A stretch of 64,000 bases of DNA from Dehalococcoidia bacterium (GCA_965262725.1 OZ253555.1:224001-288000), one strand, 5' to 3'; shown: positions 18,382 through 28,603, numbered from the stretch's first letter. Numbers and translations: made by a program. The notes: generated by a model from the letters alone, not told the origin.

Positions 18382-18851
18382 GCGTGGCGGAACGCTTCCG
18401 CGAGCTCGGCGTGCCCCTCGGCTCGCCGGCTCGCCCGCTCGCCCTGTACCGTCCCGCGCTGATGTGGGGTGAGTGGCTGCTGGTATCCGGTCAGCTCCCG
18501 ATGCGCGACGGTGTGCTCCTCCATGCCGGCCGCGTGGGGGACGGGGTGGGTCTCGAGGAGGCGCGCGAGGCGGCGAGGCAGTGCGCGCTGAACGGCCTCG
18601 CGGCGGCGGCCGCGGCGCTCGACTCGGAGGCGGCGCTGGAGGGGCTCAGGGTGCTGCGCACCGCGGGCTACGTGGCCGCCGCGCCGGGCTTCGAGCAGCA
18701 GCCCGAGGTGATAGACGGGGCGAGCGAGCTGCTCCGGGAGGCGCTCGGCGAGGAGAACGGCGTGGGTGCTCGCGCCGCCATCGGGGTCGCATCCCTGCCG
18801 CGCGGCGCCTGCGTGGAGATCGAGTTTCTCTTCGCGACCGGGGCGCGGTAG
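18378..18851 (+). CDS. RidA/YjgF family protein
   Basis: VSGQLP...GARAAIGVASLPRGACVEIE. Confidence 0.88.
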   Translation: MSVAERFRELGVPLGSPARPLALYRPALMWGEWLLVSGQLPMRDGVLLHAGRVGDGVGLEEAREAARQCALNGLAAAAAALDSEAALEGLRVLRTAGYVAAAPGFEQQPEVIDGASELLREALGEENGVGARAAIGVASLPRGACVEIEFLFATGAR

Positions 18852-18916
18852 GCTCGCCGGGCACAGATCGGCCGGGCGGCTGGCCGCTCCGGGAGCGGCG
18901 AGCCGGAGGGAGTGGC

Positions 18917-19441
18917 ATGTCGCGCATCGACTTCGTCACGGGCGCGCCGGAGCGCTACATCGGCGAGGTGCGCGCGCTGGCCGCCGTCCCCGATCGCCTG
19001 CGCGAGGTGCTCTCGGGCCAGGCAGTCGAGGATCTGCGTCGTGTTCCGTCGGAGACGGAGTGGCCGCCCGTTCGCGTGCTGGCGCACCTCTTGAGCTACG
19101 CGCGCCACACCGGCGAGTTCATCTACCGCATCGCGTGGATGGAGGAGCCGCTCCTGGTGACCTGGGACGAGGCGGAAGAGGTCGAGCGGGAGGGCTGGGA
19201 GCGCCTGGAGGGTGCGGAGCTGCTCGCGCGGATCCGGGCGGAGATCGAGAACACAGTCGCCCTGCTCTCGGGGACGCCGGACGCATCGTGGGGGCGCCCG
19301 GGGCTTCACCCGGTGTGGGGCCGCCGCTCGCTGCGCCAGCAGGTGCGGACACACGTCCACCACTTCGAGGAGCACATCGCGCAGATCGAGCGAGTGCTCG
19401 CGGCTCGACCAGTGCCCGAGGACGTCGCCGCCCGCCCGTAG
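18917..19441 (+). CDS. DinB/YfiT family protein
   Basis: EWPPVRVLAHL...HFEEHIAQI metal-binding His pattern. Confidence 0.8.
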   Translation: MSRIDFVTGAPERYIGEVRALAAVPDRLREVLSGQAVEDLRRVPSETEWPPVRVLAHLLSYARHTGEFIYRIAWMEEPLLVTWDEAEEVEREGWERLEGAELLARIRAEIENTVALLSGTPDASWGRPGLHPVWGRRSLRQQVRTHVHHFEEHIAQIERVLAARPVPEDVAARP

Positions 19442-19593
19442 CCGGCGGGATCCGGGTCGACGCTTGGCTGCTGCGGGTGGAGGCGAGTGCTCTCGCAACA
19501 CCCATTGTGGCACGACCGCAGCTTCATACCTGCGCTCGTGCAGGGGTGAGAAGGCCACCCTGGTGGGCGGAGTTCGTGACGAGGGGATGCCCG

Positions 19594-21000
19594 TCACTTC
19601 TTCAGGGGAAGACTCACGGTCACGGTTACGCCCTGCCCAAGGCCGCCACTTGTTGCCGTGGTTGTCCCCCCGTGCGCTTCCACTATTGCTCGCGTGATGG
19701 CCAGGCCCAGGCCCGTGCCGCCCCTCCTGCGACTGCGGGACTCGTCAGTACGGTAGAAGCGGTCGAAGACGTGGGGGAGGTCGGCGGCATGGATGCCGAT
19801 CCCGTCATCGACGATCGCGATGGCCAGCGCCTCGTCGCCCTCCAACCCCGCCCTCAGCACGACATTGCCGCCCGCCTCGGTGTAGTGAATCGCGTTGCTC
19901 AGGACGTTTCCCAACGCGCGGCTCATGTGCGCCCGGTCGAGGTCCATGTCCGGGAGGTCAGCGGCTACCTGCAGCGACAATTCAACCTGTCGATTCCGAG
20001 CCTGTGGCTGCCAGCGATCCACCTCCGCGGCGAGGAACTCGTGCATCGAACTTGCCTCAAGCGTGAGACTCAACTCGCCATAGTCGGTCTCCGCCAGGGA
20101 ATTCAGATCAATAGCGAGACCGCGTAGCCTGTCGACCTCCTGGATGATCTGGTCGGACGCGCGGTCAGGCGTCTGAAGTCCGTCGCGCAGCCCTGTGGCC
20201 TCCAGCTGTATGACGCTCAGCGGCGTGTTCAGCTCATGGGAGACATCGTTTATCAGCCGTCGACGCAGGTCGCGCTGAGTCGTCAGCGTGGCCGCCATCC
20301 GGTTGAAGGCCGCACTCATCCGTCCCAACTCATCGGCGGATGTGACCGGGAGCGGGGTAAGGTCCCCCTCCGCAATTGCCTGGGTGGCCTCCGTCAACGC
20401 CGTGACGGGTGCAGTAATACGCCTGGATAGCCAGGCGGCCAGCAGCACGGCGACGCCGATGGTCAGGACTCCGCCAATCAGGGTGATATACAGGAGCGCG
20501 CTGAGGAATCCATGCGACTCGGTCGACAGGAACTCATGGTTTGCATCCACGTAGACGTGACCCACGGGCTGATTCGTGGTCAGGTCGAACACCGTCTCGC
20601 GATACCCGTCCAGGTCTCGTACGGTAGTTCCGGGTACCAGCTCGGATAAGTTGTCCGTCACCACCCGTCCATCGACGCCGGTGATGACGACCCGTACCGG
20701 ATCTTCGTGGAAGAGCTCGAGGGATTCCCCCTCACTCTCGTGAGATTGCTCGCCCTGCGGAACTCCGCCGTAGATGTATCCGCCCTCAGACAGCGGTCTC
20801 TCCACCGTCTGCCAGCCTCCGGCAGTCGTGTACTCCCGACTCAGCCTCTTGGCCAAGTGGCTCGCCTCGTCACCCCCTATCTCGCTCACGAACACGCCCA
20901 GGCGGGACTGCGTGGTCCAGTAGCCGACGGCAACGCTAACCGAGACGGTCAGGGCGATGGCGAGGACGATCGAACCCATGATCCGCCAGCGCAGCGACAT
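19594..21000 (-). CDS. HAMP-domain sensor histidine kinase
   Basis: Two TM helices, HAMP (DELGRMSAAFNRM), H-box SHELNTPL, N/G boxes; ATG coupled to the upstream regulator stop. Confidence 0.93.
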   Translation of the reverse strand: MSLRWRIMGSIVLAIALTVSVSVAVGYWTTQSRLGVFVSEIGGDEASHLAKRLSREYTTAGGWQTVERPLSEGGYIYGGVPQGEQSHESEGESLELFHEDPVRVVITGVDGRVVTDNLSELVPGTTVRDLDGYRETVFDLTTNQPVGHVYVDANHEFLSTESHGFLSALLYITLIGGVLTIGVAVLLAAWLSRRITAPVTALTEATQAIAEGDLTPLPVTSADELGRMSAAFNRMAATLTTQRDLRRRLINDVSHELNTPLSVIQLEATGLRDGLQTPDRASDQIIQEVDRLRGLAIDLNSLAETDYGELSLTLEASSMHEFLAAEVDRWQPQARNRQVELSLQVAADLPDMDLDRAHMSRALGNVLSNAIHYTEAGGNVVLRAGLEGDEALAIAIVDDGIGIHAADLPHVFDRFYRTDESRSRRRGGTGLGLAITRAIVEAHGGTTTATSGGLGQGVTVTVSLPLKK

Positions 21001-21324
21001 CACTCGTCCTCGACCACGAACTTGTAGCCCGCACCGTAGACGGTCTGAATGGGCTGGCTGCCATGGCGGCCGATCTGCTTGCGCAGGCGAGCGATCTGGC
21101 TGTCGATGGCGCGGTCGAACCCGGGGAATTGGCGGTCGGAGGTCAGGGAGGTGAGCTGATCGCGGCTGAGCACCTGGTTGGGGTGACGCATGAACGTCGA
21201 GAGCAGAGCGATCTGCGCCTGGCTCAACGTCACGGGTTCGCCATTGACCGTCACGCTCCGCGTGGTCTCGTTGAGGGTGATGTTGTCGCGCGTGAGGACC
21301 TGCTGCACTCTGCCCGTGACGCGG
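21000..21324 (-). pseudogene. OmpR-family response regulator, only the wHTH half remains
   Basis: QVLSRDQL...DRAIDSQIARLRKQI...IQTVYGAGYKF; receiver domain absent, cut exactly at the IS21 end. Confidence 0.88.
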
Positions 21325-21450
21325 TGGGAATGATGCTCTGAATTGGCCCCACCTGGAGCCGTTTTGATCCTTTGAATTGGCCCCACCCCCGACCCATCCA
21401 GGACCTACGCTCGGGTGACTGCATGACTCCCGGAGCGAGGGAAGAGGAGT

Positions 21451-23085
21451 GTGTCGAGAGTGGAGCTGTTCGAGTCTATCCGACGGATGGCGAGGGAGGA
21501 GGAGCTGTCGATCCATGAGCTGGGACGCCGGCATGGCGTGCACCGGCGCACGGTGCGGCAGGCTCTTGGGTCGGCGATACCCCCGGAACGCAAGCAGGCG
21601 ACCCGCGTGGCCCCGAAGCTCGGGCCGTACGTCTCGGTCATCCGGGGCTGGCTCGTGGACGACCTCAGCGCGCCGCGCAAGCAGCGGCACACGGCCCGGC
21701 GCATCTGGGAGCGCCTCGTCGACGAACACGGGGCGACGGTGGCCGAGCCCACGGTCCGCGCCTGCGTCGCGCGCCTGCGTCGCGAGATCCAGGGCGGGCG
21801 CGCGGTTGTGACGATCCCGCAGGTCCATCCTCCCGGCGAGGAGGCGGAGGTCGACTTCGGCACGGTGACGGTGTGGCTGGAGGGCGTCGAGACCCGGCTG
21901 GCGATGTTCGTGATGCGGCTCTCGCATTCGGGGCGGGCGGCGCACGTCTGCTTCGTCGGCGAGGGCCAGGAGTCTCTGCTCGAGGGGCACGTGGTCGCCT
22001 TCGAGCGGCTCGGCGGAGTGCCGCGGCGCATCCGCTACGACAATCTGACGGCGGCCGTCACCACCGTGCTGCAGGGACGCGAGCGCCTGCAGACCGAGCG
22101 CTTCATCGCGCTCCGCTCGCATTACGGCTTCGACAGCTTCTTCTGTGAGCCCGGCATCGAGGGCGCGCACGAGAAGGGCGGTGTGGAGGGCGAGGTCGGC
22201 CGCTTCCGCCGGCGGCACTTCGTGCCGGTCCCGAAGGTGGCGACCCTCGGCGAGCTGAACGAACGAGTGCGGGAGGCGGACCGCACCGACGACGCCCGGC
22301 ACATCGAGAGCCGCCTCGCCACCGTCGGCGAGATGGGAGAGAACGAGAAGGCCTCGCTGCGTCCGCTTCCGGCGGAGCGCTTCGACCCGTCAATCCCGCT
22401 GCGCGCGAAGGTCGACCGCAAGGCGCGCATCGCCGTGCGTAGCTCCCGCTACTCGGTCCCGGCGGCCTATGCAGGCCGGAAGCTGGACGTGCGGCTGTCC
22501 GGGAACAGCCTGACCGTGTGGGCCGAGGGGCGTGAAGTCGCCCACCACGAGCGCAGCGCCCGCACCGGAGCAGAGGTCCTGCTGCTCGACCACTATCTGG
22601 AGGTGCTCGCGCGCAAGCCCGGGGCGGTCCCGGGCTCGGTGGCGCTCCAGCAGGCGCGTGCGAAGGGACACGTCACAGCCGAGCATCAGCGCTTCTGGGA
22701 CCGCGCCCGCCGCAAGCTCGGCGACCGCGCGGGCACGCAGGCGTACATCGAGGTCCTGCTCCTGCATCGCCATCTTCCCTTCACGGCGGTGCACGCCGCG
22801 CTCGGGACGGTCAACAGGATCCAGTCGGTGAACCCCGAACTGGTCGCCATCGAGGCGCGCCGTCTCGCCGACCGCAGGCCACCAGACGCCGCCGTCGAGA
22901 GACCGCACCTGGAGCGCTACGACCGACCTGCCCCGCTCCTCGATGGCTACGATGCGCTGCTCTCGGGTGATTCCCGATGGCCCGGCACGTCGCCGGGCGG
23001 GCGCTCCCGCGCTCCGCGGTCTGCCGAGAACGCGTCGCACACCACCACAACCGCCGTCACCGCTGCGGTGTCGACGGCACGCTGA
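21451..23085 (+). CDS. istA: IS21 transposase
   Basis: HTH, EAEVDFG, IRYDNL, HEKGGVEGEVG (DDE). Confidence 0.95.
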   Translation: MSRVELFESIRRMAREEELSIHELGRRHGVHRRTVRQALGSAIPPERKQATRVAPKLGPYVSVIRGWLVDDLSAPRKQRHTARRIWERLVDEHGATVAEPTVRACVARLRREIQGGRAVVTIPQVHPPGEEAEVDFGTVTVWLEGVETRLAMFVMRLSHSGRAAHVCFVGEGQESLLEGHVVAFERLGGVPRRIRYDNLTAAVTTVLQGRERLQTERFIALRSHYGFDSFFCEPGIEGAHEKGGVEGEVGRFRRRHFVPVPKVATLGELNERVREADRTDDARHIESRLATVGEMGENEKASLRPLPAERFDPSIPLRAKVDRKARIAVRSSRYSVPAAYAGRKLDVRLSGNSLTVWAEGREVAHHERSARTGAEVLLLDHYLEVLARKPGAVPGSVALQQARAKGHVTAEHQRFWDRARRKLGDRAGTQAYIEVLLLHRHLPFTAVHAALGTVNRIQSVNPELVAIEARRLADRRPPDAAVERPHLERYDRPAPLLDGYDALLSGDSRWPGTSPGGRSRAPRSAENASHTTTTAVTAAVSTAR

Positions 23086-23101
23086 CCACAGGAGGCACCC
23101 G

Positions 23102-23884
23102 ATGACAGCACCCCTCACCGACCAGGCCGCGGAGCTGACAATCGAGGCGATCTGCCGCGAGCTCCGTCTCCCCACCGTCAGGAAGCAGGCGCTCCCGCTC
23201 GCCGAAGCCGCGGTCCGAGACCGGATCACCCATCTGGGCTATCTCGCCGAAGTGCTGGGAGCCGAACGCGATGACCGTGAGGAGCGGCGCCGTCAGCGCC
23301 GTATCGTCGAGGCGCGGTTCCCGCGTTTCAAGTACCTCGCCGACTTCGACCTCGAGGCGGCGCCGACAGTCGACGCGCCGGCGCTCGCCACGCTGGAGCG
23401 CTGCGACTGGGTCGAAAGGGGCGAGCCCGTCGTCCTGCTCGGTGACAGCGGCACCGGGAAGTCACACCTGCTCATCGGCCTCGGCATGGCCGCCTGCCAC
23501 CTGGGGCTGCGCGTGCGGTACATGACCACGGCCGCCCTGGTGAATGAACTGGCCGAAGCGTCGGATGATCGCGCGCTCTCACGCCTCGTCGCCCGCTACG
23601 GCCGCCTCGACCTGCTCTGCCTGGATGAGTTCGGGTACGTCCACCTCGACCCGCGCGGTGCCGAAATGCTGTTCCAGATCCTGACCGAGCGCGAGGAACG
23701 GGCATCGGTCGCCGTCGCCTCCAACTCCCCGTTCTCCGAGTGGGGCCGCATCTTCACCGACCCTCGTCTCGCCGCGGCCGTCGTTGACCGCCTCACCTAC
23801 CGTGCCCATATCATCGAGACCGGCACCGAGTCCTACCGGCTCCGGGCCTCGACCTCCCCGAGAGGAGGTGCCCCAACGACCTGA
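23102..23884 (+). CDS. istB: IS21 helper ATPase
   Basis: GDSGTGKSH, LCLDEFGY, AVVDRL, ESYRL. Confidence 0.95.
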   Translation: MTAPLTDQAAELTIEAICRELRLPTVRKQALPLAEAAVRDRITHLGYLAEVLGAERDDREERRRQRRIVEARFPRFKYLADFDLEAAPTVDAPALATLERCDWVERGEPVVLLGDSGTGKSHLLIGLGMAACHLGLRVRYMTTAALVNELAEASDDRALSRLVARYGRLDLLCLDEFGYVHLDPRGAEMLFQILTEREERASVAVASNSPFSEWGRIFTDPRLAAAVVDRLTYRAHIIETGTESYRLRASTSPRGGAPTT

Positions 23885-23951
23885 TCCCGGTCCCCGGGGG
23901 TGGGGCCAGATCAGAGGATCAAAGTGGGGCCAGATGTAAGCATCATTCCCA

Positions 23952-23975
23952 TACATTGGTGTCGAGGACAAGCAT
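23952..23975 (-). pseudogene. 8-codon stub of a FitB/VapC PIN toxin
   Basis: ATG CTT GTC CTC GAC ACC AAT GTA = MLVLDTNV directly after the antitoxin, ending at the IS21 end. Confidence 0.8.
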
Positions 23976-23986
23976 GGATTCAGGCC

Positions 23987-24232
23987 TCAATTGAACCGCG
24001 GGGGCTCGCGCATGGGTTCCCTGGGAGGAATCTCCAATTCCACTCCGCCGAAAGGTCTGAACAGTTCATGTATCGCAGTGCCAAGATTCGTGTTCGGTGC
24101 AGCATCTTCGTCAAGGGCCGCCCGCAGGATGTCCCGGGCCTCCTGTTCCATGGAGCGCCCGTTCTCGGCTGCCCGGATGCGTAGCCGACGCTTGAGCCCG
24201 TCGTCCAGATTGCGCACGGTGATGCTGGCCAC
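23987..24232 (-). CDS. FitA-like ribbon-helix-helix antitoxin
   Basis: MASITVRNLDDGLKRRLRIRAAENGRSMEQEARDIL; AGGAGG RBS; upstream GATTGC-gat-GCAATC palindrome. Confidence 0.9.
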   Translation of the reverse strand: MASITVRNLDDGLKRRLRIRAAENGRSMEQEARDILRAALDEDAAPNTNLGTAIHELFRPFGGVELEIPPREPMREPPRFN

Positions 24233-24309
24233 GGCCGCGCCTCCTTGCTCTAGTGTGCAGGATTATACCGCGATTGCGATGCAATCATCATCAGGGACCG
24301 TGAGACCAC

Positions 24310-24680
24310 CGGCAGGACGGCCGAGGTTGTCGACGCACAGCAGCAGCGGATAGTGCCCGAAGGGCTCCTGCAGCCGGAGCCACCTCGCAAGGGTCGGGAC
24401 GTCTTCGGGCAGGAGGCGCCGCAGTCGCTACGATCGCGTCCCCTCCGAGAGTTCTCGAGCGGTCCGCCACATCAGCGCCGACTTGCCGGCTCCCGAGGGT
24501 CCCGCGAGCAGCGCCGAATGCTGTTCGCTCAAAGCGTGCGTGAGCGCTTGAACCTCGGCGTCGCGGGGCAGATCGAGGTCGGCCGCAATGTGGGCGGGCA
24601 GAACGTCGACGCCGGCCAGGAATTCTTCGATGGACAGATCGGCCCGCACGGTCGGCCACACGGCGCTGAGTGGCTCACCC
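24310..24680 (-). pseudogene. Internal fragment of a P-loop NTPase (STAND/NACHT-like)
   Basis: Walker A GPSGAGKS, in-frame TAG at 24428-24430, then Walker B LLLCVDNL in the same frame. Confidence 0.65.
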
Positions 24681-25197
24681 CAGGGCAGGGCTTGCACCGG
24701 ATGCGGACAGGCCACCCTACCGCCCTGCTCGCCACGTCAGGACTCCCACCATCGCACTCATGCTGACATCAGAGTGTTCATGAGCGATTACACAATTGAC
24801 AATGCCAGCCTGGAGGCGTACGGTCGTCGTGCCCAGAGTTGCAGGAGAGCGAACGTGGCGGAACTGGACCGTTTCGAAGAGACTTTCGCCGTCGGCGGCT
24901 GGAGCCGCCTACAACTACGCCCGCGGTGGCGCTGCCTCAGACAGCGAAGTCATCGACAAGCTGATGAAGTCCCTAGCGAAGACTCTGCGAGACCAGAGCG
25001 GCGTCCCTGGCCTGCACGAGATGGGTGTCGTGGTTGCGGGTGGGCTCGGCCTTGCACCCGACGAGCCCTTCGCAGCGTTGGACCGCATCGTCCGCGATCA
25101 CCACGGTCACCGCCACACGAAGGTCGCAGCACAGGCCGCAGGTCGGTGCCGGCGGCGGTTCGTGCCACAGTCCGACTCACAAACTCCGGAGGTTTCC

Positions 25198-26427
25198 ATG
25201 CCACAGCACGAGACGCTGGCTATCGACCCTCGCGTACTGGGCCGACGCCTCCAGGAGGCGAGAAAGGCTCGCGGGTTCACGCAGCAAGACGCCGCTGAAT
25301 CGCTCGCGGTAGCTCGCACGACGATCACCGCGCTGGAGAAGGGCGACCGGCAGACCCGTCCGGACGAGCTCATCCGGCTAGCGAGTCTCTACGGCAGGCG
25401 GGTCAGCGATCTCGTCGGCCCGAAAGAGCCCATCGCGGACTTCGCCGCCCAGTTCCGCACGGCTGCCGTTCGCGGCGCCCCCGACGACCTCCAGGAAGAA
25501 ATGAGGCAGGCGCTCCGGGACTTTCAGGATCTGTGCCAGGATTATCTGTACCTCGAACAGTTGAGTGGAGTGTCGCCCGGACCCACATACCCACCCCAGT
25601 ATCCGACGACGGGGACGGCTCCCGAGGAGGCCGCCCAGGATGTCGCCTCATTCGAACGCAACCGGCTCGGGCTCGGCGATGGGCCGATACTGTGTCTGAG
25701 GGAGACGCTTGAACAGGACGTGGGCGTCCGCGTGTTCTCCATGGGGATGCCCTCAAGAGTGGCGGGCATCTTCGCCTACACGGACGAGTTGGGCGGCTGC
25801 ATCGCCGTCAATGCTCGCCATCCGGGGGAACGCCGCCGGTGGTCGCTGGCTCATGAGTATGCCCATTTCCTGACGAGCCGCTACCGCTCGGAAGTCTTCC
25901 TGCTGGGCTCGCACCGCCGCGTCCCCGCCACCGAGCGGTTCGCTGACACCTTTGCCCGCTGTTTCCTCATGCCGGAGTCCGGGCTACGCCGCAGGTTCAA
26001 CGAACTGGTGAGAGCCAGTGGCGGTAACGTCACGGCTGCAGATGTTTGCCGGGTTGCGCACTACTACTTCGTCTCCGTCGAGGCAATGATGCTGCGCCTC
26101 GAGGAACTTGGCGTCCTCCCGGCGGGTACCTGGGAGCGCCTGCGTGACCGGGGGTTCAAGGCCAGGGAAGCTCAGGAGCACCTGGGCTTGCCACCGCATC
26201 CGAGCGATGATCGGCTGCTGCCGTCTCGCTACGAGTTCCTGGCCGCCCGGGCACATGAAGTCGAAAGTCTGACGGAAGGGGAGCTGGCACGGCTCCTGCG
26301 GACCGACCGTGTGTCGGCTAGGCGGACCCTCCAGAGGCTGGGCAGTGCGCTGCATGTGCTCGACGGAGGGGAAGTAGCGTCTCTCCCCATCGAGCTCGCT
26401 GGCAGCGTCACGAAGCCGGACTCCTAG
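25198..26427 (+). CDS. XRE-HTH / ImmA-IrrE Zn-metallopeptidase fusion
   Basis: GGAGG RBS + ATG 25198; HTH LGRRLQEARKARGFTQQDAAESL; RRRWSLAHEYAH (HExxH) and ERFADTFA. Confidence 0.92.
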   Translation: MPQHETLAIDPRVLGRRLQEARKARGFTQQDAAESLAVARTTITALEKGDRQTRPDELIRLASLYGRRVSDLVGPKEPIADFAAQFRTAAVRGAPDDLQEEMRQALRDFQDLCQDYLYLEQLSGVSPGPTYPPQYPTTGTAPEEAAQDVASFERNRLGLGDGPILCLRETLEQDVGVRVFSMGMPSRVAGIFAYTDELGGCIAVNARHPGERRRWSLAHEYAHFLTSRYRSEVFLLGSHRRVPATERFADTFARCFLMPESGLRRRFNELVRASGGNVTAADVCRVAHYYFVSVEAMMLRLEELGVLPAGTWERLRDRGFKAREAQEHLGLPPHPSDDRLLPSRYEFLAARAHEVESLTEGELARLLRTDRVSARRTLQRLGSALHVLDGGEVASLPIELAGSVTKPDS

Positions 26428-26439
26428 GGTCGAGCCACT

Positions 26440-27000
26440 GTGGAGCGACGACCAGCGAGCCTCATTCTCGACGCCAGTTGCCTGCTCAACCTCTATGCCA
26501 CTGAACGCTTCGGGGAGATCGCAGCGTCGTTGCGCGAGCAAGTCGCCGTCGCGGACTACGTCCTCGAGGGGGAAGCTCTCTTCATCCGCCGTGAGGCTTC
26601 GGCTGATGGGGAGGACGACCAAATCCTGGTGGACCTGTCTCCGTTTGTGTCCGAGGGCTTGGTCGAAGTGATGCGCCTGGCGAGTCCAAACGAAGAGACC
26701 ACGTTCGTGACTCTTGCCGCCCTGATCGACGACGGTGAGGCGGTGACCGCTGCTCTGGCCGTCCACCGTGGGTGCTCCGTCGCAACCGACGACCGCAAGG
26801 CTCGGCGTGTCATTGCTGAACAGGCCCCGAGGGTCCCGCTCGTCTCCACACTTGACCTCGTAAGCCAGTGGGCGGAGACGATGTCCGTGCCTCGAGGCGA
26901 GCTTCGGACCGCGCTGGCGCGCATGCGCTCCGGCGCTAGCTACGTGCCCGGTCCCCGCGATCCCCGCTACGGGTGGTGGCTGGAGGTCATGCAAGGCTAG
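26440..27000 (+). CDS. PIN-like domain protein
   Basis: LILDASCLLNL, DDGEAVTAALA, VATDDRKARR; 12 bp after the peptidase gene. Confidence 0.85.
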   Translation: MERRPASLILDASCLLNLYATERFGEIAASLREQVAVADYVLEGEALFIRREASADGEDDQILVDLSPFVSEGLVEVMRLASPNEETTFVTLAALIDDGEAVTAALAVHRGCSVATDDRKARRVIAEQAPRVPLVSTLDLVSQWAETMSVPRGELRTALARMRSGASYVPGPRDPRYGWWLEVMQG

Positions 27001-27373
27001 GCCGCGCCTGCCGCGAACAAGGCGCGTGAGCGATTGTTCTACCGCTGGAGCAGGGGTAGAGGAAGCTGCGCTCGTGCGAGAAGGGAGGGCGACAGGTTCA
27101 ACCCGGCGCTCTCGCTCTGAGCGCAGCGGCAGCCTCGCTCCCTCGGTGCCGGGCCACAACCTCGAGCCCAGGCGATGCCGCGTCCATGGCACGCCGGAAT
27201 ATCCCGCTCCGCATGCGCCGGTGAGTCGCGGACTGTCGAGCGTGATGGAGCTTGTGTTCGTCAGCGCGCTCCCCTCCAGCGCCGAAAGCACCGGCGGCGT
27301 TGACCGGCTTCGCAGTACTGCGTCGCGCGGTTCGCCGCTGGGGTCAGTCATCGCCGTTCACTGCCTCTGAGGT

Positions 27374-28597
27374 TCAGAGCACCCTCCACCACGGAGCGGC
27401 CAGCACGTCGGGCGCAAGCCATTCGACGTTGTCGCCAGCGTGCAGCAGGAGTCCCGCGCGGGCCCGGTCGCCGTACTCGGCTCGGAACGCGCGCAGGTGG
27501 ACGATATCGCGGAGCCGTGGCCGCGCCGTTGCCTGGACCTCGATCGGCAGCAGTTGTTCTCCCGCCTCGACCACGAAGTCGACCTCCTGGCCACCCGCTG
27601 TCCGCCAGTGGAAGAGCTCGGCGCGGTCGAGTCGCGCGTCCCGCCAGGTGAGCAGGTCGTGCAACACGACGTTCTCGAGGTGGGCGCCTCGCGGCTCTGG
27701 TTCCTGGGCGAGGTGCAACGCCACCCCGGTGTCGCCCCAGTAGAGTTTCGGGGACTTGATGAGCCGCTTCGTGCGGTTGACTGCGTACGCGGGGAGCCGC
27801 ACGAGCAGGTACGAGGTCTCCAGCAGGTTGAGGTAGCGGTGCACGGTGGGCTGCGACAGCGCGACGTCGCGGCCAAGGTCGGTCTGGTTCACGAGTTGAC
27901 CGATGCGCCGGCTGGAGGCGCGCATCAGGCGCCGGAAGTCGGGCAGCGCCGAGATCGACGAGATGTCCTGCAGGTCGCGCTCGAGGTAGGTCCGCACGTA
28001 GCCGTCGAACCAGATCGCGCGCTCCTGGTCGCCGTCGAGGTGGACGGCCGGCACGGGGAATCCCCCGCGCCGTGCCAGCAGGCGCCAGTCGTCGGCATCG
28101 TCCGGTTCGGCAGTCACGAGGTCGAGCCACGCGTCGTCCGGGCTGCCGAGCAACTGCTCCCAGATGCCACCCTGGCCCCGGCCGAGCTGCTCACGACGGG
28201 TCATGGGCCAGAGGTTGAGGTAACTCGCGCGCCCTGCGAGCGACTCGGAGACGCGGCGCATGAGCAGCAGGTTGGCTGAACCCGTGATGAGGAACTGCCC
28301 GGGCACGCGGCGCCGATCGATGGCCTGCTTTACCGCGTGCAGCAGATCCGGCTCGCGCTGCACCTCGTCGAGGGTGATCGGCCGGCTGCCGCCAAGAAGC
28401 GCCTGCGGGTCGCGGCGCGCGGTGTCGACCACGTCGAGGTCGTCGAGCGAGAGGAAGCGCCGCTCTCCCGGCGTGAGTTCCTGGGCGAGGGTGCTCTTGC
28501 CCGTCTGGCGCGCGCCAGTCAGCACGACGGCAGGCATGACGCGGAGCCGGGTCTCCAGGCTCGGTCCGGCCAAACGGGGAAGTAGCGACTCGCTCAT
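27374..28597 (-). CDS. AAA_14 ATPase with DUF4143 (nuclease-like C-terminus)
   Basis: GARQTGKST, LDEVQ, FLITGSA, ESLAGR, KSPKLYWGDTG, EVDFV..IEV. Confidence 0.92.
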   Translation of the reverse strand: MSESLLPRLAGPSLETRLRVMPAVVLTGARQTGKSTLAQELTPGERRFLSLDDLDVVDTARRDPQALLGGSRPITLDEVQREPDLLHAVKQAIDRRRVPGQFLITGSANLLLMRRVSESLAGRASYLNLWPMTRREQLGRGQGGIWEQLLGSPDDAWLDLVTAEPDDADDWRLLARRGGFPVPAVHLDGDQERAIWFDGYVRTYLERDLQDISSISALPDFRRLMRASSRRIGQLVNQTDLGRDVALSQPTVHRYLNLLETSYLLVRLPAYAVNRTKRLIKSPKLYWGDTGVALHLAQEPEPRGAHLENVVLHDLLTWRDARLDRAELFHWRTAGGQEVDFVVEAGEQLLPIEVQATARPRLRDIVHLRAFRAEYGDRARAGLLLHAGDNVEWLAPDVLAAPWWRVL

Positions 28598-28603
28598 GGT
28601 GTG

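Larger units (their letters stand above)
21325..23951 (+). mobile_element. IS21-family element (copy A), no target-site duplication
   Basis: Terminal IR TGGGAATGATGCT / AGCATCATTCCCA; internal TGGCCCCAC repeats at both ends; istA-istB. Confidence 0.93.

Noticed and set aside
297-19505. Many long Arg/Ala/Pro-rich overlapping ORFs
   Set aside because: Shadow frames of high-GC genes with no recognisable motifs
19594-22302. 902-aa ORF as a giant histidine kinase
   Set aside because: The N-terminal half is antisense to istA and off-frame over the regulator; the real kinase starts at 21000
24428-24430. In-frame TAG as pyrrolysine or readthrough (also 57045-57047)
   Set aside because: Both lie in otherwise truncated or frameshifted genes; simple nonsense decay is more likely
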